Shown: positions 20,681 through 30,751 of the stretch, in pieces
How the letters are laid out: the number at the start of each line of letters is the position of its first letter
Numbering within the stretch: the stretch's first letter is position 1
DNA from: Parcubacteria group bacterium
GTDB lineage: Bacteria > Patescibacteriota > Minisyncoccia > UBA10092
NCBI GenBank assembly: GCA_016186325.1
Contig: JACPLW010000002.1
Coordinates: forward strand, 66,290-130,289
Reading direction: 5' to 3'
DNA: 64,000 nucleotides
Translations under genes and position numbers: made by a program
Notes under the pieces: model-generated
Database searches by the model: none
What the model was told of the DNA's origin: nothing
The model's input: the letters and a program-made list of their open reading frames with translations, nothing else

Positions 20681-21160
20681 CTAATTTTTTAGTTTAGGAT
20701 TAGTATAGCAAGCGGCAAGGGCGATGGCAATAGCGTCGGCGGCATCATCGGGTTTTGGTATTTTTTCAAGTTTTAAGATGTTTGCGACCATTTTTTGAAC
20801 TTGGCGTTTTTCAGCCTTTCCGTATCCGGTAACGGCGGTTTTTACCTCAAGAGGAGTGAATTCGCAAACATTAAGATTTAAAGAATTTGCGCAATTGATG
20901 ATTACGCCGCGCGCTTCGGAAACCGAGAGTGCTGTTTTAACATTTTTGGTAAAAAAAAGCTTTTCAATTGCCAAAGTTTGAGGATTATATCTTGAAATCA
21001 ATTCAGAAATTAATTCGGAAATCGTTTTCAACCGTTCTATTTGGCTGTGATTTTTTAATTCTAAACAGCCGTATGTTATCAGTTCAGCCTCGCTGTTGCT
21101 TTTCTTTATTACAGAGTAGCCGATTCGCGCCGTTCCAGGGTCAATTCCCAGTATTATCAT
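20681..21160 (-). CDS. ruvC: Holliday junction resolvase RuvC
   Basis: ILGIDPG, EKLFF, PDDAADAIAIA. Confidence 0.97.
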   Translation of the reverse strand: MIILGIDPGTARIGYSVIKKSNSEAELITYGCLELKNHSQIERLKTISELISELISRYNPQTLAIEKLFFTKNVKTALSVSEARGVIINCANSLNLNVCEFTPLEVKTAVTGYGKAEKRQVQKMVANILKLEKIPKPDDAADAIAIALAACYTNPKLKN

Positions 21161-21680
21161 AGATTTCGTTTACATCTTGTTGTTCGTCTAAAGCTTCATA
21201 AAGCGCCGATAGTTCTTTTTTAACATCTTCGTTTTCTATTTTTACAGGCGCGTTAGGAATCCAATCAGCTCCTTCTCGCCTAAACATCCACTGGAGAGAA
21301 CCAATTTCGGCAAACTTGGCATTGTGTTCCGAGAGTATTTTCTTGATTTCTCCTAGAGTGCGATTTTTGTTGTCGGTTATCGCCGTAATCAAAATTGCCA
21401 CTCCGCCGGGGCCGAAAGCACCGTAGGTTACTTCAGTAAGCTCTGCGCCGGCGATCTCTCCAGTACCTCTTTTGACGGCTCTTTCAATGTTTTCTTTTGG
21501 CAGATTGACTTCTCGAGCCTTTTCAATCACAGCTCTAAGCGACGGGTTTTTGTCGGGATCGCCGCCTTTTCTGGCGGCAATGGTAATAAGAGAGGAAATT
21601 TTAGAAAAAACCTTGGATTTTTTAGCATCCGTCAGCGCTTTCTTATGTTTAATTGTAGACCACTTAGAGTGTCCGCTCAT
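21141..21680 (-). CDS. yebC: YebC/PmpR family protein (short form); true start MSGHSKW
   Basis: MSGHSKWSTIKHKK N-terminus; GPGGVAI, TDNKNRT. Confidence 0.93.
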   Translation of the reverse strand: MSGHSKWSTIKHKKALTDAKKSKVFSKISSLITIAARKGGDPDKNPSLRAVIEKAREVNLPKENIERAVKRGTGEIAGAELTEVTYGAFGPGGVAILITAITDNKNRTLGEIKKILSEHNAKFAEIGSLQWMFRREGADWIPNAPVKIENEDVKKELSALYEALDEQQDVNEIYDNTGN

Positions 21681-21795
21681 GATATTAATTATTCTCAGTA
21701 AGTTTAATTGTTGTGTCAATGTTTGACATATTAATAAATAAGAGCTACTAGTTAGACAATTCTTGATTCCGATAGTTCTTAATGGAGAAAAAAAC

Positions 21796-22215
21796 ATGAA
21801 GCCAATCCTGCAATTTCTAAAGATAAATATACTTCTGTTTTTAATATTGAATGCGTTGAGTTATATTGTAGCGGCGACGTTTTCGGGATCGTTTTTTATT
21901 CCCCTACAAAATTTCTTCTTCCCTTACATTTTCTGCGTATTCGGATTTGTACCAGTATCCTTGTTCGGGCTTATCTTTGGATATTTATGGCTCTACTTCT
22001 GTTTTTGGGCAGATGGAGAAATAACAGATGAGATGGGAGCAGCGTTTTTTGAATTTTTTATTTTTGTAGTATCAGTAGTTTCTACGATCGCGGTATTTAG
22101 ATACTCTGACGGGCTCAGTATCGTTTGGTTCTTGCGTGATATCTGGATTGGGTTTTTTTTGGCCTCACTCATAAACGCCGAAAAAGGCGAGAGATATTAT
22201 AAGAGTATAAGTTAA
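21796..22215 (+). CDS. Hypothetical membrane protein
   Basis: GGAG RBS before ATG 21796; several TM helices; hairpin+U run at 22229-22262. Confidence 0.65.
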   Translation: MKPILQFLKINILLFLILNALSYIVAATFSGSFFIPLQNFFFPYIFCVFGFVPVSLFGLIFGYLWLYFCFWADGEITDEMGAAFFEFFIFVVSVVSTIAVFRYSDGLSIVWFLRDIWIGFFLASLINAEKGERYYKSIS

Positions 22216-22273
22216 AATTAAATCTGTAATCAGCATTACTTACCACGAATGCTGATTTTTTTACTTTCAATTA

Positions 22274-23293
22274 TTATAATAAATTAGGATTTTCCGGCGG
22301 AAGCCGGAGTCCTAAATGTTCGTAAGCGAATTTGGTTGCGATGCGGCCGCGGGAGGTTCTCTGTAAAAATCCTATTTGTAAAAGATATGGTTCGTAAATG
22401 TCTTCAATGGTATCAAGCTCTTCGGAAGTGGCGGCCGCGAGTGCCTGAAGGCCGACCGGCCCACCGTTAAATTTTTTAATAATTGCATCAATTAAACGCC
22501 GATCGGTTGATTCAAGCCCTATTGCATCAACTTCCATTAAGTGAAGCGCTTTTTTGGCGATTTCCTCGTTGACTATCCCATCTCCTTCCACTTCGGCATA
22601 ATCGCGCACTCTTTTTAAAAGCCGATTAGCCACCCGCGGGGTAAATCTTGATGACTGGGCAATTAATTTTAAAGCTTCGGGTTCGGCTTGAAGATTCATA
22701 AGGTTGGCCGATCTTTTTAAAATATTTTGAATATCTTCAATCCCGTAAAAATCTAATCTAAAGGTGGCGCCGAAGCGGGAGCGCAGGGGATTTGATAATA
22801 ATCCGGCGCGGGTAGTGGCCGCGATAAGTGAAAATGCCGGTAAGTCCAATTGAAGAGTTCTGGCCGACGGTCCTTTGCCGATGATAATGTGGAGCATCCG
22901 GTTTTCCATTGCCGGATAAAGAATTTCTTCAACCGTTTTGTTCAAGCGGTGAGCTTCGTCAATAAACAAAATGTCGCCGGAATTAAGGTTGGTCAAAATT
23001 GAAGCCAGATCCCCAACTTTTTCAATAGCCGGACCGGAGGTAATTTTAATATTGGCGCTCATTTCCCTCGCTATAATGTAGGCCAAAGTGGTTTTTCCCA
23101 AGCCGGCCGGCCCATACAAAAGCAGGTGATCTATGGATTCAGACCGTTTTTTTGCCGCTTCAATCAGGATTTTTAAACCCGTTTTAACCTTCTCTTGGCC
23201 GATGTATTCGCTCCAATCGCGAGGCCTTAACGACTGGTCTAAAGTGCGGTCTTCGGGCTTTAGTTTTTGACTTGTAGTACTGTTAAGTTCCAT
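22274..23293 (-). CDS. ruvB: Holliday junction helicase RuvB
   Basis: LRP...[26 protein letters not shown]. Confidence 0.98.
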   Translation of the reverse strand: MELNSTTSQKLKPEDRTLDQSLRPRDWSEYIGQEKVKTGLKILIEAAKKRSESIDHLLLYGPAGLGKTTLAYIIAREMSANIKITSGPAIEKVGDLASILTNLNSGDILFIDEAHRLNKTVEEILYPAMENRMLHIIIGKGPSARTLQLDLPAFSLIAATTRAGLLSNPLRSRFGATFRLDFYGIEDIQNILKRSANLMNLQAEPEALKLIAQSSRFTPRVANRLLKRVRDYAEVEGDGIVNEEIAKKALHLMEVDAIGLESTDRRLIDAIIKKFNGGPVGLQALAAATSEELDTIEDIYEPYLLQIGFLQRTSRGRIATKFAYEHLGLRLPPENPNLL

Positions 23294-23297
23294 TTGA

Positions 23298-23398
23298 TCC
23301 CGTTAGAAATCTAATTTAATTATATTAAATTTGCATTTTTATAAACTCATGAGTTGATTATCCGCCTCGCTTTGACTAAACATAAATTTCTAACGGGA
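23298..23398. mobile_element. ~100-bp TIR element, copy 2 (101 bp, TSD TTGA)
   Basis: TCCCGTTAGAAATCTA...ATAAATTTCTAACGGGA flanked by TTGA/TTGA, 4 bp upstream of the ruvB ATG. Confidence 0.85.
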
Positions 23399-23427
23399 TT
23401 GACAATCTCACTTAATTTAAGTATAAT
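23399..23427 (+). promoter_or_regulatory. Consensus sigma70 promoter of the 6S RNA
   Basis: TTGACA-17 bp-TATAAT. Confidence 0.9.
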
Positions 23428-23444
23428 ATAAAAATATGGCATCA

Positions 23445-23613
23445 GTTGTTCCTAATAACCTCGAGGCAATAAAGACTCTATTTTAAACCATAAGGTCTTT
23501 CTGGGGGCTTTTCCATGTCGGGTGATCTGGTTCCGATTGGATCATTGCACAACTTAGTCCTATCCCTTCAAGCTGGCTTGAAGGACCATTGCCTCGAGAT
23601 TATTAGGCGCAAG
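23445..23613 (+). ncRNA. ssrS: 6S RNA
   Basis: Long closing stem CCTAATAA-CCTCGAGGCAAT/ATTGCCTCGAG-ATTATTAGG; 5' bubble strand CTATTTTAAACCATAAG and 3' hairpin CCTTCAAGC-TG-GCTTGAAGG resemble E. coli 6S; perfect promoter upstream. Confidence 0.8.
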
Positions 23614-23639
23614 TCTACTCCGATTATTTATGAGATTTT

Positions 23640-25301
23640 TCAAAAATCGCCCAAGATCCTGGCTGCTTCTTCAACCGTGGTAATACCGCGGATTATTTTT
23701 ATTACCGCGTCCTGCACCATGGTAACCATTCCGGTTTTTTTGGCCACTTCTTTCAGTTGCGATTCGGTTGGCGAATTTAATATTAATTTTTCAACATCGC
23801 CTGTAACTTCAAAAAGCTCCATAACGGCTACGCGGCCAAGGTACCCGCCATGGCACTCCTTGCACCCTTTTGCTTCCGGAATCAAAACCTTATTGTTTAC
23901 TTCTATACTGCCTACTCTTGACGGCAAATCCTTCAAGATCTCACCGAATTTTGAAAGTTCGTCTTTGGTAATAGGTCGTTTCTCGGCGCATTTAGGACAG
24001 ATTCGGCGCAATAAACGCTGGGCCATTAATAAGTTTACGGCCGGAGCGATAATGGGCGGTTTAACGCCTAAATCAATCAGTCGCGGGATAGCGCCGATGG
24101 CGTCATTAGTGTGAATCGTTGAAAAAACCAAGTGGCCGGTTAGCGCGGCGTGCATCGCGATTTCGGCAGTTTCAAAGTCTCTTATTTCTCCAACCAGGAT
24201 GACGTCAGGGTCCTGTCTGACAATTGAGCGCAGGCCGTTCTCAAAAGTGTAGCCTTTATCCGGTTCAACTTGCGTTTGAGAAATGCCTTCAATATGGTAT
24301 TCAATCGGATCTTCTATAGTGATTATTTTAATGCCCGGCGAGAGAATTTCATTGATGAACGCGTAGAGAGTTGTGGTTTTCCCGGAACCGGTCGGACCGG
24401 TAGTGAGAATCATTCCGGTCGGAACGCTCAATTGTTTTTCAAGAACTTTTATATCGTCTTCTCTGATTCCGAGGTATTTCAAATCAAGCTTAACTGCGCT
24501 GGGGTCAAGGATTCTCATTACAATGTTTTCACCGTAAGCGCCCGGCAAAATTGAAGTTCTGATTTCTATCTCATCCCCGCCGCTTACAATCGTGAAGCGG
24601 CCGTCCTGGGCTTTTTCATGAATATTCAGTTTAAGCCCGGAGAGAAGTTTGATGCGGTTTAAAACAGGCGGGTAAACTGACGCCGGCATGAAGATAACAT
24701 CTTCCAAAACGCCGTCGCGGCGAAATCTTAAGCGGACGGTATCTTTTTCCGGCTCAAAGTGGATGTCGGATGATTTAAGAATTAAAGCGCTAGCCAGTGC
24801 CGCTTCTACTATTTCTGTAGCTTTTGACTCAAAAAGTTTCTCGGCGATTTTTTTAAAACTCTCCAAATCAACAATTTCTTTCTGGTATCTCACAAGACCT
24901 TCTTTTGAAATTTCAACCTGTCCGGTTATTTCTTTGGCTTCGCGGAGCTCGGGGTAACGTGAAAGCGCTTTTTTAAAGCTAGTTTGCGAAATGACAAAAA
25001 CTTTTACCTCATATCCTTCTTTTTGAAGCTCGGCAATGAGTGCTTGTGTTTCCTTGTCATTTGGATTTAAAACAGCAAGGTGAAGGATTTTGACCTTGCG
25101 GTTAATGACAGCCGCCTTGGCTTTTTCGGTTTTTTCTTTTTGTATTAATTTTAAGGAGTCTCCCTCAATTGGGATGAAAGACAAGTTAAGGTAGGGAAAA
25201 TTGGTTTTTTCCGCAAGCTGTTTAGCGCGATCCTCTTCTTCCCCGCGATGGACTTTTTCTAAAAATTCTTCTTGTTTTTTTTCCTTGCTTAAAATCATCA
25301 T
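23640..25301 (-). CDS. pilB: Type IV pilus/T2SS assembly ATPase (PilB/GspE)
   Basis: SDIHFEP, TGPTGSGKTT, RQDPDVILVGEIRD, CxxC...CxxC. Confidence 0.92.
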   Translation of the reverse strand: MMILSKEKKQEEFLEKVHRGEEEDRAKQLAEKTNFPYLNLSFIPIEGDSLKLIQKEKTEKAKAAVINRKVKILHLAVLNPNDKETQALIAELQKEGYEVKVFVISQTSFKKALSRYPELREAKEITGQVEISKEGLVRYQKEIVDLESFKKIAEKLFESKATEIVEAALASALILKSSDIHFEPEKDTVRLRFRRDGVLEDVIFMPASVYPPVLNRIKLLSGLKLNIHEKAQDGRFTIVSGGDEIEIRTSILPGAYGENIVMRILDPSAVKLDLKYLGIREDDIKVLEKQLSVPTGMILTTGPTGSGKTTTLYAFINEILSPGIKIITIEDPIEYHIEGISQTQVEPDKGYTFENGLRSIVRQDPDVILVGEIRDFETAEIAMHAALTGHLVFSTIHTNDAIGAIPRLIDLGVKPPIIAPAVNLLMAQRLLRRICPKCAEKRPITKDELSKFGEILKDLPSRVGSIEVNNKVLIPEAKGCKECHGGYLGRVAVMELFEVTGDVEKLILNSPTESQLKEVAKKTGMVTMVQDAVIKIIRGITTVEEAARILGDF

Positions 25302-25533
25302 GTTTTAATCCTAAAATCCGTATTCTGTTTTAATTCTCTAATTTTGAGCTTTAATTTACAAGTATTATTGTCCCCAAGCTTTTTATATTATAGATGAACA
25401 TAACGCTGTTAAAATCTTCGGTCAAATAAAACTGTGGATAAGTTGAGCGCCATAAAGAATGCATTTTATAAGTGTTGCTTTAGCAGCACTTTTTTCTTTT
25501 CCGTTTATTTGCTACCATTTTCACATTAAAGTT

Positions 25534-25983
25534 ATGATTGAAGCAATCTCCAAATCGGCAAACGAGACAAAAAAGATTGCGGTCTCGCTAGCGGAAAAGA
25601 TAAAAAAGCGGCCGCTTTCAAAAGTAGCGCTTATTATTGCTTTGGAAGGCGATTTGGGCTCCGGTAAAACCACCTTTATCCAAGGGTTGGCTCAAGAACT
25701 GGGAGTTGAGGAAAACATTTTAAGCCCGACTTTCGTGATTCAAAAAGATTTTCCGCTTTCTTTAAAAAATTTTAAAAACCTTTATCACATTGACGCTTAC
25801 CGGTTGAAGAATCCGCTGGAACTTCTGGAACTTGGATTTGAAGACTTAATCAAAAATCCGGAAAATCTCATTGTTATCGAATGGGCTGATAAAGTTAGAA
25901 AGATTTTGCCAGAAAACATTTTAAAAATAAAACTTGTTAATTTAAAAGGCAGTAAAAGAAAGATTCAAATTTTCAATTTCTAA
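25534..25983 (+). CDS. tsaE: tRNA t6A biosynthesis ATPase TsaE
   Basis: LEGDLGSGKTT, SPTF, HIDAYRL, IEWAD; start reassigned to MIEAISK. Confidence 0.95.
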   Translation: MIEAISKSANETKKIAVSLAEKIKKRPLSKVALIIALEGDLGSGKTTFIQGLAQELGVEENILSPTFVIQKDFPLSLKNFKNLYHIDAYRLKNPLELLELGFEDLIKNPENLIVIEWADKVRKILPENILKIKLVNLKGSKRKIQIFNF

Positions 25984-26097
25984 TTTTCAATTTTCAATCA
26001 ATGATACAATTTAACAATTTTCAATTAATTCTTTATTGTTTGAAAATTAAATCATTGAAAATTCAATGAAAATTGCAAATTGAGAATTAAAAATTAT
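25969..26097. repeat. Inverted heptamer (TTTTCAA/TTGAAAA) array, copy A
   Basis: ATTTTCAATTTCTAATTTTCAATTTTCAATCAATG...ATTGAAAATTCAATGAAAATTGCAAATTGAGAATT; homologous to 31022-31138. Confidence 0.8.
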
Positions 26098-26099
26098 TT

Positions 26100-28604
26100 A
26101 TGAAACGTCTTATTTTAATAGATTCTCACGCTTTAATCCACCGCGCTTATCACGCCTTGCCGCCGCTTACTACCAAAAGCGGCGAATTGGTAAACGCGGT
26201 TTATGGCTTTACTTCAATTTTAATAAAAACCATTTCCGGTTTTAAACCGGACTATATTGTTGCCGCTTTTGACGCTCCCGGCGCCACTTTCAGGCATGAG
26301 GAATACAAAGAATATAAAGCGACTCGCGTTAAAGCGCCGGATGAGCTATACATCCAAATACCGCGCGTCAAAGAAATCTTAAACGCTTTCAAAATTCCAA
26401 TTTTTGAAAAGTCTGGGTTTGAAGCCGACGATATTATCGGCACAATTTCCAAAAATTTAAGGGGAAAAAACGTCGAGGTTCTGATTTTAACCGGAGACAT
26501 GGACAATTTTCAGCTTGTCGGAAAAAACGTTAAGGTTTTATATTCTCCTCCCAGCGCGGCCAAAGAGCAGATCGTTTATGATTCTAAAAAAGTTGAGGAA
26601 CGTTTCGGCGGCCTTAAGCCGGAACAACTTATTGATTTTAAAGGTCTCAAGGGCGACCCCTCGGACAATATTCCGGGGGTCAAAGGTATCGGAGAAAAAA
26701 CCGCGATTGCTTTGATTGATCGGTTTGAGAATATAGAAAATTTGTATAAAACTATTAAAAAAGGAAAAATTAAAGAAATTAGCGCCGCTGTTTTTGAGAA
26801 ACTAAAGACCGGAAAAGAAGCCGCTTTTTTTTCAAAAAAACTAGCGACTATAAAACAAAACGTCCCGATAAAGTTCAACTTAAAAGAAAGCGAATTCGGT
26901 AAATTTGATAAAGAAAAACTCTTTAAATTATTGGGAGAGTTAGGATTTGTAAGTTTGGTAAATCGTATGGGCGGGGCTATGGCGGGCAAGCCCCGCGGAA
27001 GCGAAGCGACTTTGCGGGGCAGTCCCTCCTCCGCTAAAGCTATGGCGGGCAGGCAGGGGACTTTGGCGATGCCTCCAAGTGCCGATATCAAGGGCCAAAT
27101 CGGTTATGATTTCAAATCTTTTATTAAAACTCCAAAAGGGAAAAAAATAGTTATCGGCGGCGGCGATTTTGACGTTATGATTGCCGCCTACATTCTTAAT
27201 CCGGGCGAGCGCGATTATAGTTTAGAAAAATTGAGTTTGGGGGAATTTGGCGCGGTTTTACCGAAAACCGAAGCTGTTTTAAAACTGGCGCCAATTTTAA
27301 AAAACCGGCTGATTGAAACCGAAACCGAAAAAGTTTTTAAAGAAATTGAAATGCCTCTTATACCGGTTTTGGCGAAAATGGAAATCGCCGGAATAAAAAT
27401 GGATGTTAAAAAGATAAATAAATTAGATGATTACCTCGGGAAAGAATTGAAAAAACTTGAAAATGAAATTTATAAGTTAGCCGGCGGAGAATTTAACATA
27501 AATTCGCCTCAGCAATTATCAGAAATTCTTTTTTTTAAATTGAAAATTCCTGGGGCTTTGGCCGGGGGTCGCATTAGAAAGACACCCGGCGGCGCGCTTT
27601 CAACCGGAGCGGCGGAACTGGAAAAACTAAGGTCGGGGCATAAAATCATTGATTTTATTTTAAAATATCGAGAGCTGGCAAAGTTAAAATCGACCTATAC
27701 CGATACGCTGCCGAAATTAGTCGATAAAAACAAGCGGATTCACACCACTTTTAATCAAGCGGGGACGGCAAGCGGGCGGCTGTCAAGCCAGGACCCGAAC
27801 TTGCAAAATATTCCGGCCCGCGGCGCTTGGGGCGATAAAGTGCGCAAAGCTTTTATTGCCGAAAAAGGATACAAATTTCTATCCGTTGATTATTCCCAGA
27901 TTCATTTAAGAATTATCGCGGCGCTAGCTGATGATAAAAAGATGATTGAGGCGTTTAAAAACGGATTAGATATTCATAAATTTACCGCTTCCGAAATAAA
28001 CAATGTGCCAATTGAGAAAGTTACCGGCGAGATGCGTTTTGCCGCTAAGGCGCTTAATTTTGGAATAATTTACGGTATGGGAGCCTTAAGCTTTGCCGAA
28101 TCGGCCGGCGTCAGCCGCGAAAAAGCCAGAGAATTTATTACTGAATATTTGAAGGATTTTTCCGGCATCGCCCGTTATATGGAAATTCTAAAAAACAAAG
28201 CCAAAGAATTGGGATTTACCGAAACGCTTTTTGGCCGCCGGCGCTATCTTCCGGAAATTGATTCGCCAAACCCGATGCTTCGCGCTCAAGCCGAGCGGAT
28301 AGCCGTTAATATGCCGATACAAGGCCTTGAAGCCGACATTATTAAAAAGGCGATGATTGAAATTGATAAATGGCTGCGCGGAAATGACAATATTAGAATG
28401 ATTTTGCAAGTCCATGACGAACTACTGTTTGAAGTCAAAACGGGTTTTGTAAAAGAAGCGGCTAAAAAAATTGTAGAACTTATGGAAAGCGTAATAAAAT
28501 TAAAAGTGCCGATTATCGCAGAAGCCAAGGTGGGTGATAATTGGGGGGAAATGGAACCATACAAAAAATATGCCGGAATTGCCCGAAGTACAAACAATCG
28601 TTGA
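26100..28604 (+). CDS. polA: DNA polymerase I
   Basis: 5'-3' exonuclease (EADDIIGT, GDPSDNIPGV) and PolA motifs (SGRLSSQDPNLQNIP, DYSQI, QVHDEL). Confidence 0.98.
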   Translation: MKRLILIDSHALIHRAYHALPPLTTKSGELVNAVYGFTSILIKTISGFKPDYIVAAFDAPGATFRHEEYKEYKATRVKAPDELYIQIPRVKEILNAFKIPIFEKSGFEADDIIGTISKNLRGKNVEVLILTGDMDNFQLVGKNVKVLYSPPSAAKEQIVYDSKKVEERFGGLKPEQLIDFKGLKGDPSDNIPGVKGIGEKTAIALIDRFENIENLYKTIKKGKIKEISAAVFEKLKTGKEAAFFSKKLATIKQNVPIKFNLKESEFGKFDKEKLFKLLGELGFVSLVNRMGGAMAGKPRGSEATLRGSPSSAKAMAGRQGTLAMPPSADIKGQIGYDFKSFIKTPKGKKIVIGGGDFDVMIAAYILNPGERDYSLEKLSLGEFGAVLPKTEAVLKLAPILKNRLIETETEKVFKEIEMPLIPVLAKMEIAGIKMDVKKINKLDDYLGKELKKLENEIYKLAGGEFNINSPQQLSEILFFKLKIPGALAGGRIRKTPGGALSTGAAELEKLRSGHKIIDFILKYRELAKLKSTYTDTLPKLVDKNKRIHTTFNQAGTASGRLSSQDPNLQNIPARGAWGDKVRKAFIAEKGYKFLSVDYSQIHLRIIAALADDKKMIEAFKNGLDIHKFTASEINNVPIEKVTGEMRFAAKALNFGIIYGMGALSFAESAGVSREKAREFITEYLKDFSGIARYMEILKNKAKELGFTETLFGRRRYLPEIDSPNPMLRAQAERIAVNMPIQGLEADIIKKAMIEIDKWLRGNDNIRMILQVHDELLFEVKTGFVKEAAKKIVELMESVIKLKVPIIAEAKVGDNWGEMEPYKKYAGIARSTNNR

Positions 28605-29451
28605 TGATTTAAATAAAAAAGTTAAAGGTTTAACCATAACCGATGTTTGGACCGATTGGCCCAAATATTTTAAGCGTTCAAGCGGGGGTTTTGACGGCTT
28701 TAAAAAAGAAATAAAAAATAAAAAAATAGAAAAAGTTTGGCGAGTCGGAAAAAACATTATTTTCGGTCTGTACGGCAATACGGATATGCTTATTCATCAG
28801 AAAATGACCGGGCATATTCTTATAGGTAAATGGAAATTTAAAGATAAAAATTGGCTTTCCCTCGAAAAGGGGCATTTAACAGAAAAAGTTAATGGCTATA
28901 TTCACGCGATGTTTCATTTTTCCAATGGCAAAATGATGGCTCTTTCGGACTTGAGAAAATTTGCCAAGATTTTGCTTTTTAACGATAAAGATTTAAAAAG
29001 TTTGGAAGACGTAAAAAACATCGGGCCAGATCCGCTTCAGGCGGGTTTCGGGTTTAACCAATTTAAAAGTTTGATAACCAAAAAAAGAGGGCCTATAAAA
29101 AAAAGTTTAATGGATCAAAATATTGTTTCCGGTATTGGCAATATTTATGCCGATGAGATTTTATTTACATCCAAAATCCATCCTCTCAAAAAGATTGAGA
29201 AGTTAACCGATAAAGAATTAAAGACGATTTTTGAAGCGGCTAAAAAAATTCTTAAAAAAGCCGTTCGCTTTCGCGGTACTTCCACTTCTGACTTTCGCGA
29301 CACTTCGGGAAAAAAGGGGCGTTACGGCGACGTGCTTCTTGTTTATCGGCGCGAAGGCGAAAAATGCCTTCGTGGCTGCGGGACGACAATTAAGCGAATT
29401 AAAATCGGCGGTCGCTCGGCTCATTTTTGCCAGAGTTGTCAAAAGTTATAA
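28570..29451 (+). CDS. mutM: Formamidopyrimidine-DNA glycosylase
   Basis: MPELPEV start, GIGNIYADE, C-terminal zinc finger. Confidence 0.97.
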   Translation: MPELPEVQTIVDDLNKKVKGLTITDVWTDWPKYFKRSSGGFDGFKKEIKNKKIEKVWRVGKNIIFGLYGNTDMLIHQKMTGHILIGKWKFKDKNWLSLEKGHLTEKVNGYIHAMFHFSNGKMMALSDLRKFAKILLFNDKDLKSLEDVKNIGPDPLQAGFGFNQFKSLITKKRGPIKKSLMDQNIVSGIGNIYADEILFTSKIHPLKKIEKLTDKELKTIFEAAKKILKKAVRFRGTSTSDFRDTSGKKGRYGDVLLVYRREGEKCLRGCGTTIKRIKIGGRSAHFCQSCQKL

Positions 29452-29460
29452 TTTTAAACC

Positions 29461-30417
29461 ATGGTTATCTTTCTTTACGGAGAGGATTCTTATAGGATTG
29501 CGCAGAAACTAAAAGAGTTGGTTTCCGCCTATAAAGCCAAAAATCCAAGCGGCTTGAATTTTATTTCCCTTGATTTTTTCGAAAATAGTCCCGATGACTT
29601 AATGAGAAATATAATTTCCAACTCTTTTATTCCGGAAAAAAAACTTATTGTTGTCAAAAACATTTTTTCCGCCAAAGGCGAGACATCGCCCCTTCAGGGC
29701 GGGAAGGCAGACTCCGCGCTTTTAACGGATTTTCTAAAAAATAGCGATATCATTTCAGACCAGAATACCATTTTAATCGCATTAAGTTTTGGAAAGTCCG
29801 ATAGCAAAAACGAACTTTTCAAATATTTAACAAAAAAGCCAAATTTATCAGAGCGTTTTGAAAATTTAAAGCCCTATGAAACTAAAAATTGGGTGAGGAA
29901 CTCTTTAAGGCGGTCGGGGATTGAGATTGCCGGCGAAGCGCTGGATTTTCTTGTTTTAAGTTGCGGATATGACTCTTGGCGGCTTGGCGGCGAAATTAAA
30001 AAACTGACGGATTATAAAAATAAAGGCGTTATTCTTAAATCCGAGATTGAAAAATTAGTCGCGACCTCCGCTAATTACAACGTTTTTGAATTGACCGACG
30101 CTTTGGCAAGCAAAAATAAAAAAAGGGCTCTTTTGGCGCTTCACAAGGCTCTTGATAATGGTGAAAAATCAAATGAATTATTGGGGCTTTTGGCCTGGCA
30201 AATAAGGAATCTTTTGCGTTTTAAATTAGGCTCCGGGGAATCTGCCGGAACAAAACTTCATCCATTTGTTTTAGGAAAGCTTAAAGAATCGGCAAAGCTT
30301 TTTTCTCTTGAAGAACTGAACCGAATTATGTTTGGGATAATAAGTCTTGATTTGGCTTTCAAAACCAGCGATGTCAATGAAAAAACCGCGCTTTCCATTT
30401 TGGTAGCGGAGTTATAG
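29461..30417 (+). CDS. holA: DNA polymerase III delta subunit
   Basis: FLYGED, EIKKL, NVFELTDAL, HPFV motifs. Confidence 0.9.
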   Translation: MVIFLYGEDSYRIAQKLKELVSAYKAKNPSGLNFISLDFFENSPDDLMRNIISNSFIPEKKLIVVKNIFSAKGETSPLQGGKADSALLTDFLKNSDIISDQNTILIALSFGKSDSKNELFKYLTKKPNLSERFENLKPYETKNWVRNSLRRSGIEIAGEALDFLVLSCGYDSWRLGGEIKKLTDYKNKGVILKSEIEKLVATSANYNVFELTDALASKNKKRALLALHKALDNGEKSNELLGLLAWQIRNLLRFKLGSGESAGTKLHPFVLGKLKESAKLFSLEELNRIMFGIISLDLAFKTSDVNEKTALSILVAEL

Positions 30418-30425
30418 TACCTCAA

Positions 30426-30575
30426 TAAAATGTGCCCATTACTCTTCTTCGCGCATTCGCCCCGCCAGCGCGGGGCTCATTGTCCGCCTCAGGCACTTTA
30501 TTCACCCCGCAGTTGCGGGGTGAAACCATGCTAAAGTGCCTTCGGAAGCTTCAGAAAAGCAATGGGCACATTTTA
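30426..30575. repeat. MITE-like element with ~23-bp imperfect terminal inverted repeats
   Basis: TAAAATGTGCCCATTACTCTTCT...AGAAAAGCAATGGGCACATTTTA enclosing GC-rich palindromes. Confidence 0.65.
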
Positions 30576-30596
30576 ATTAACCAAATTTATTTTTTA

Positions 30597-30742
30597 TAAA
30601 CAATTTTCTATTTGTTCTCAAAGCGGGTTATGAGTGCGAGCGGGCATGGTCTGTCGCCATAGGCGACAGGAGCGAGCGCGAATCCCTGAGCGAGCACGCT
30701 GAGCGAGCGAGGAAAGCGTGAGAATAAGTAGAAAATTGTTTA
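30597..30742. repeat. Second MITE-like element with ~24-bp imperfect terminal inverted repeats
   Basis: TAAACAATTTTCTATTTGTTCTCA...TGAGAATAAGTAGAAAATTGTTTA enclosing GAGCGAGC repeats and a hairpin. Confidence 0.65.
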
Positions 30743-30751
30743 AAACAAAAT

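Noticed and set aside
21141-21680. Short YebC as a truncation
   Set aside because: Both termini are intact; an internally shortened form is plausible in a reduced genome and gives no sign of disruption
23515-24114. 199-aa plus-strand ORF
   Set aside because: Antisense shadow of pilB overlapping the 6S RNA; no recognisable motifs
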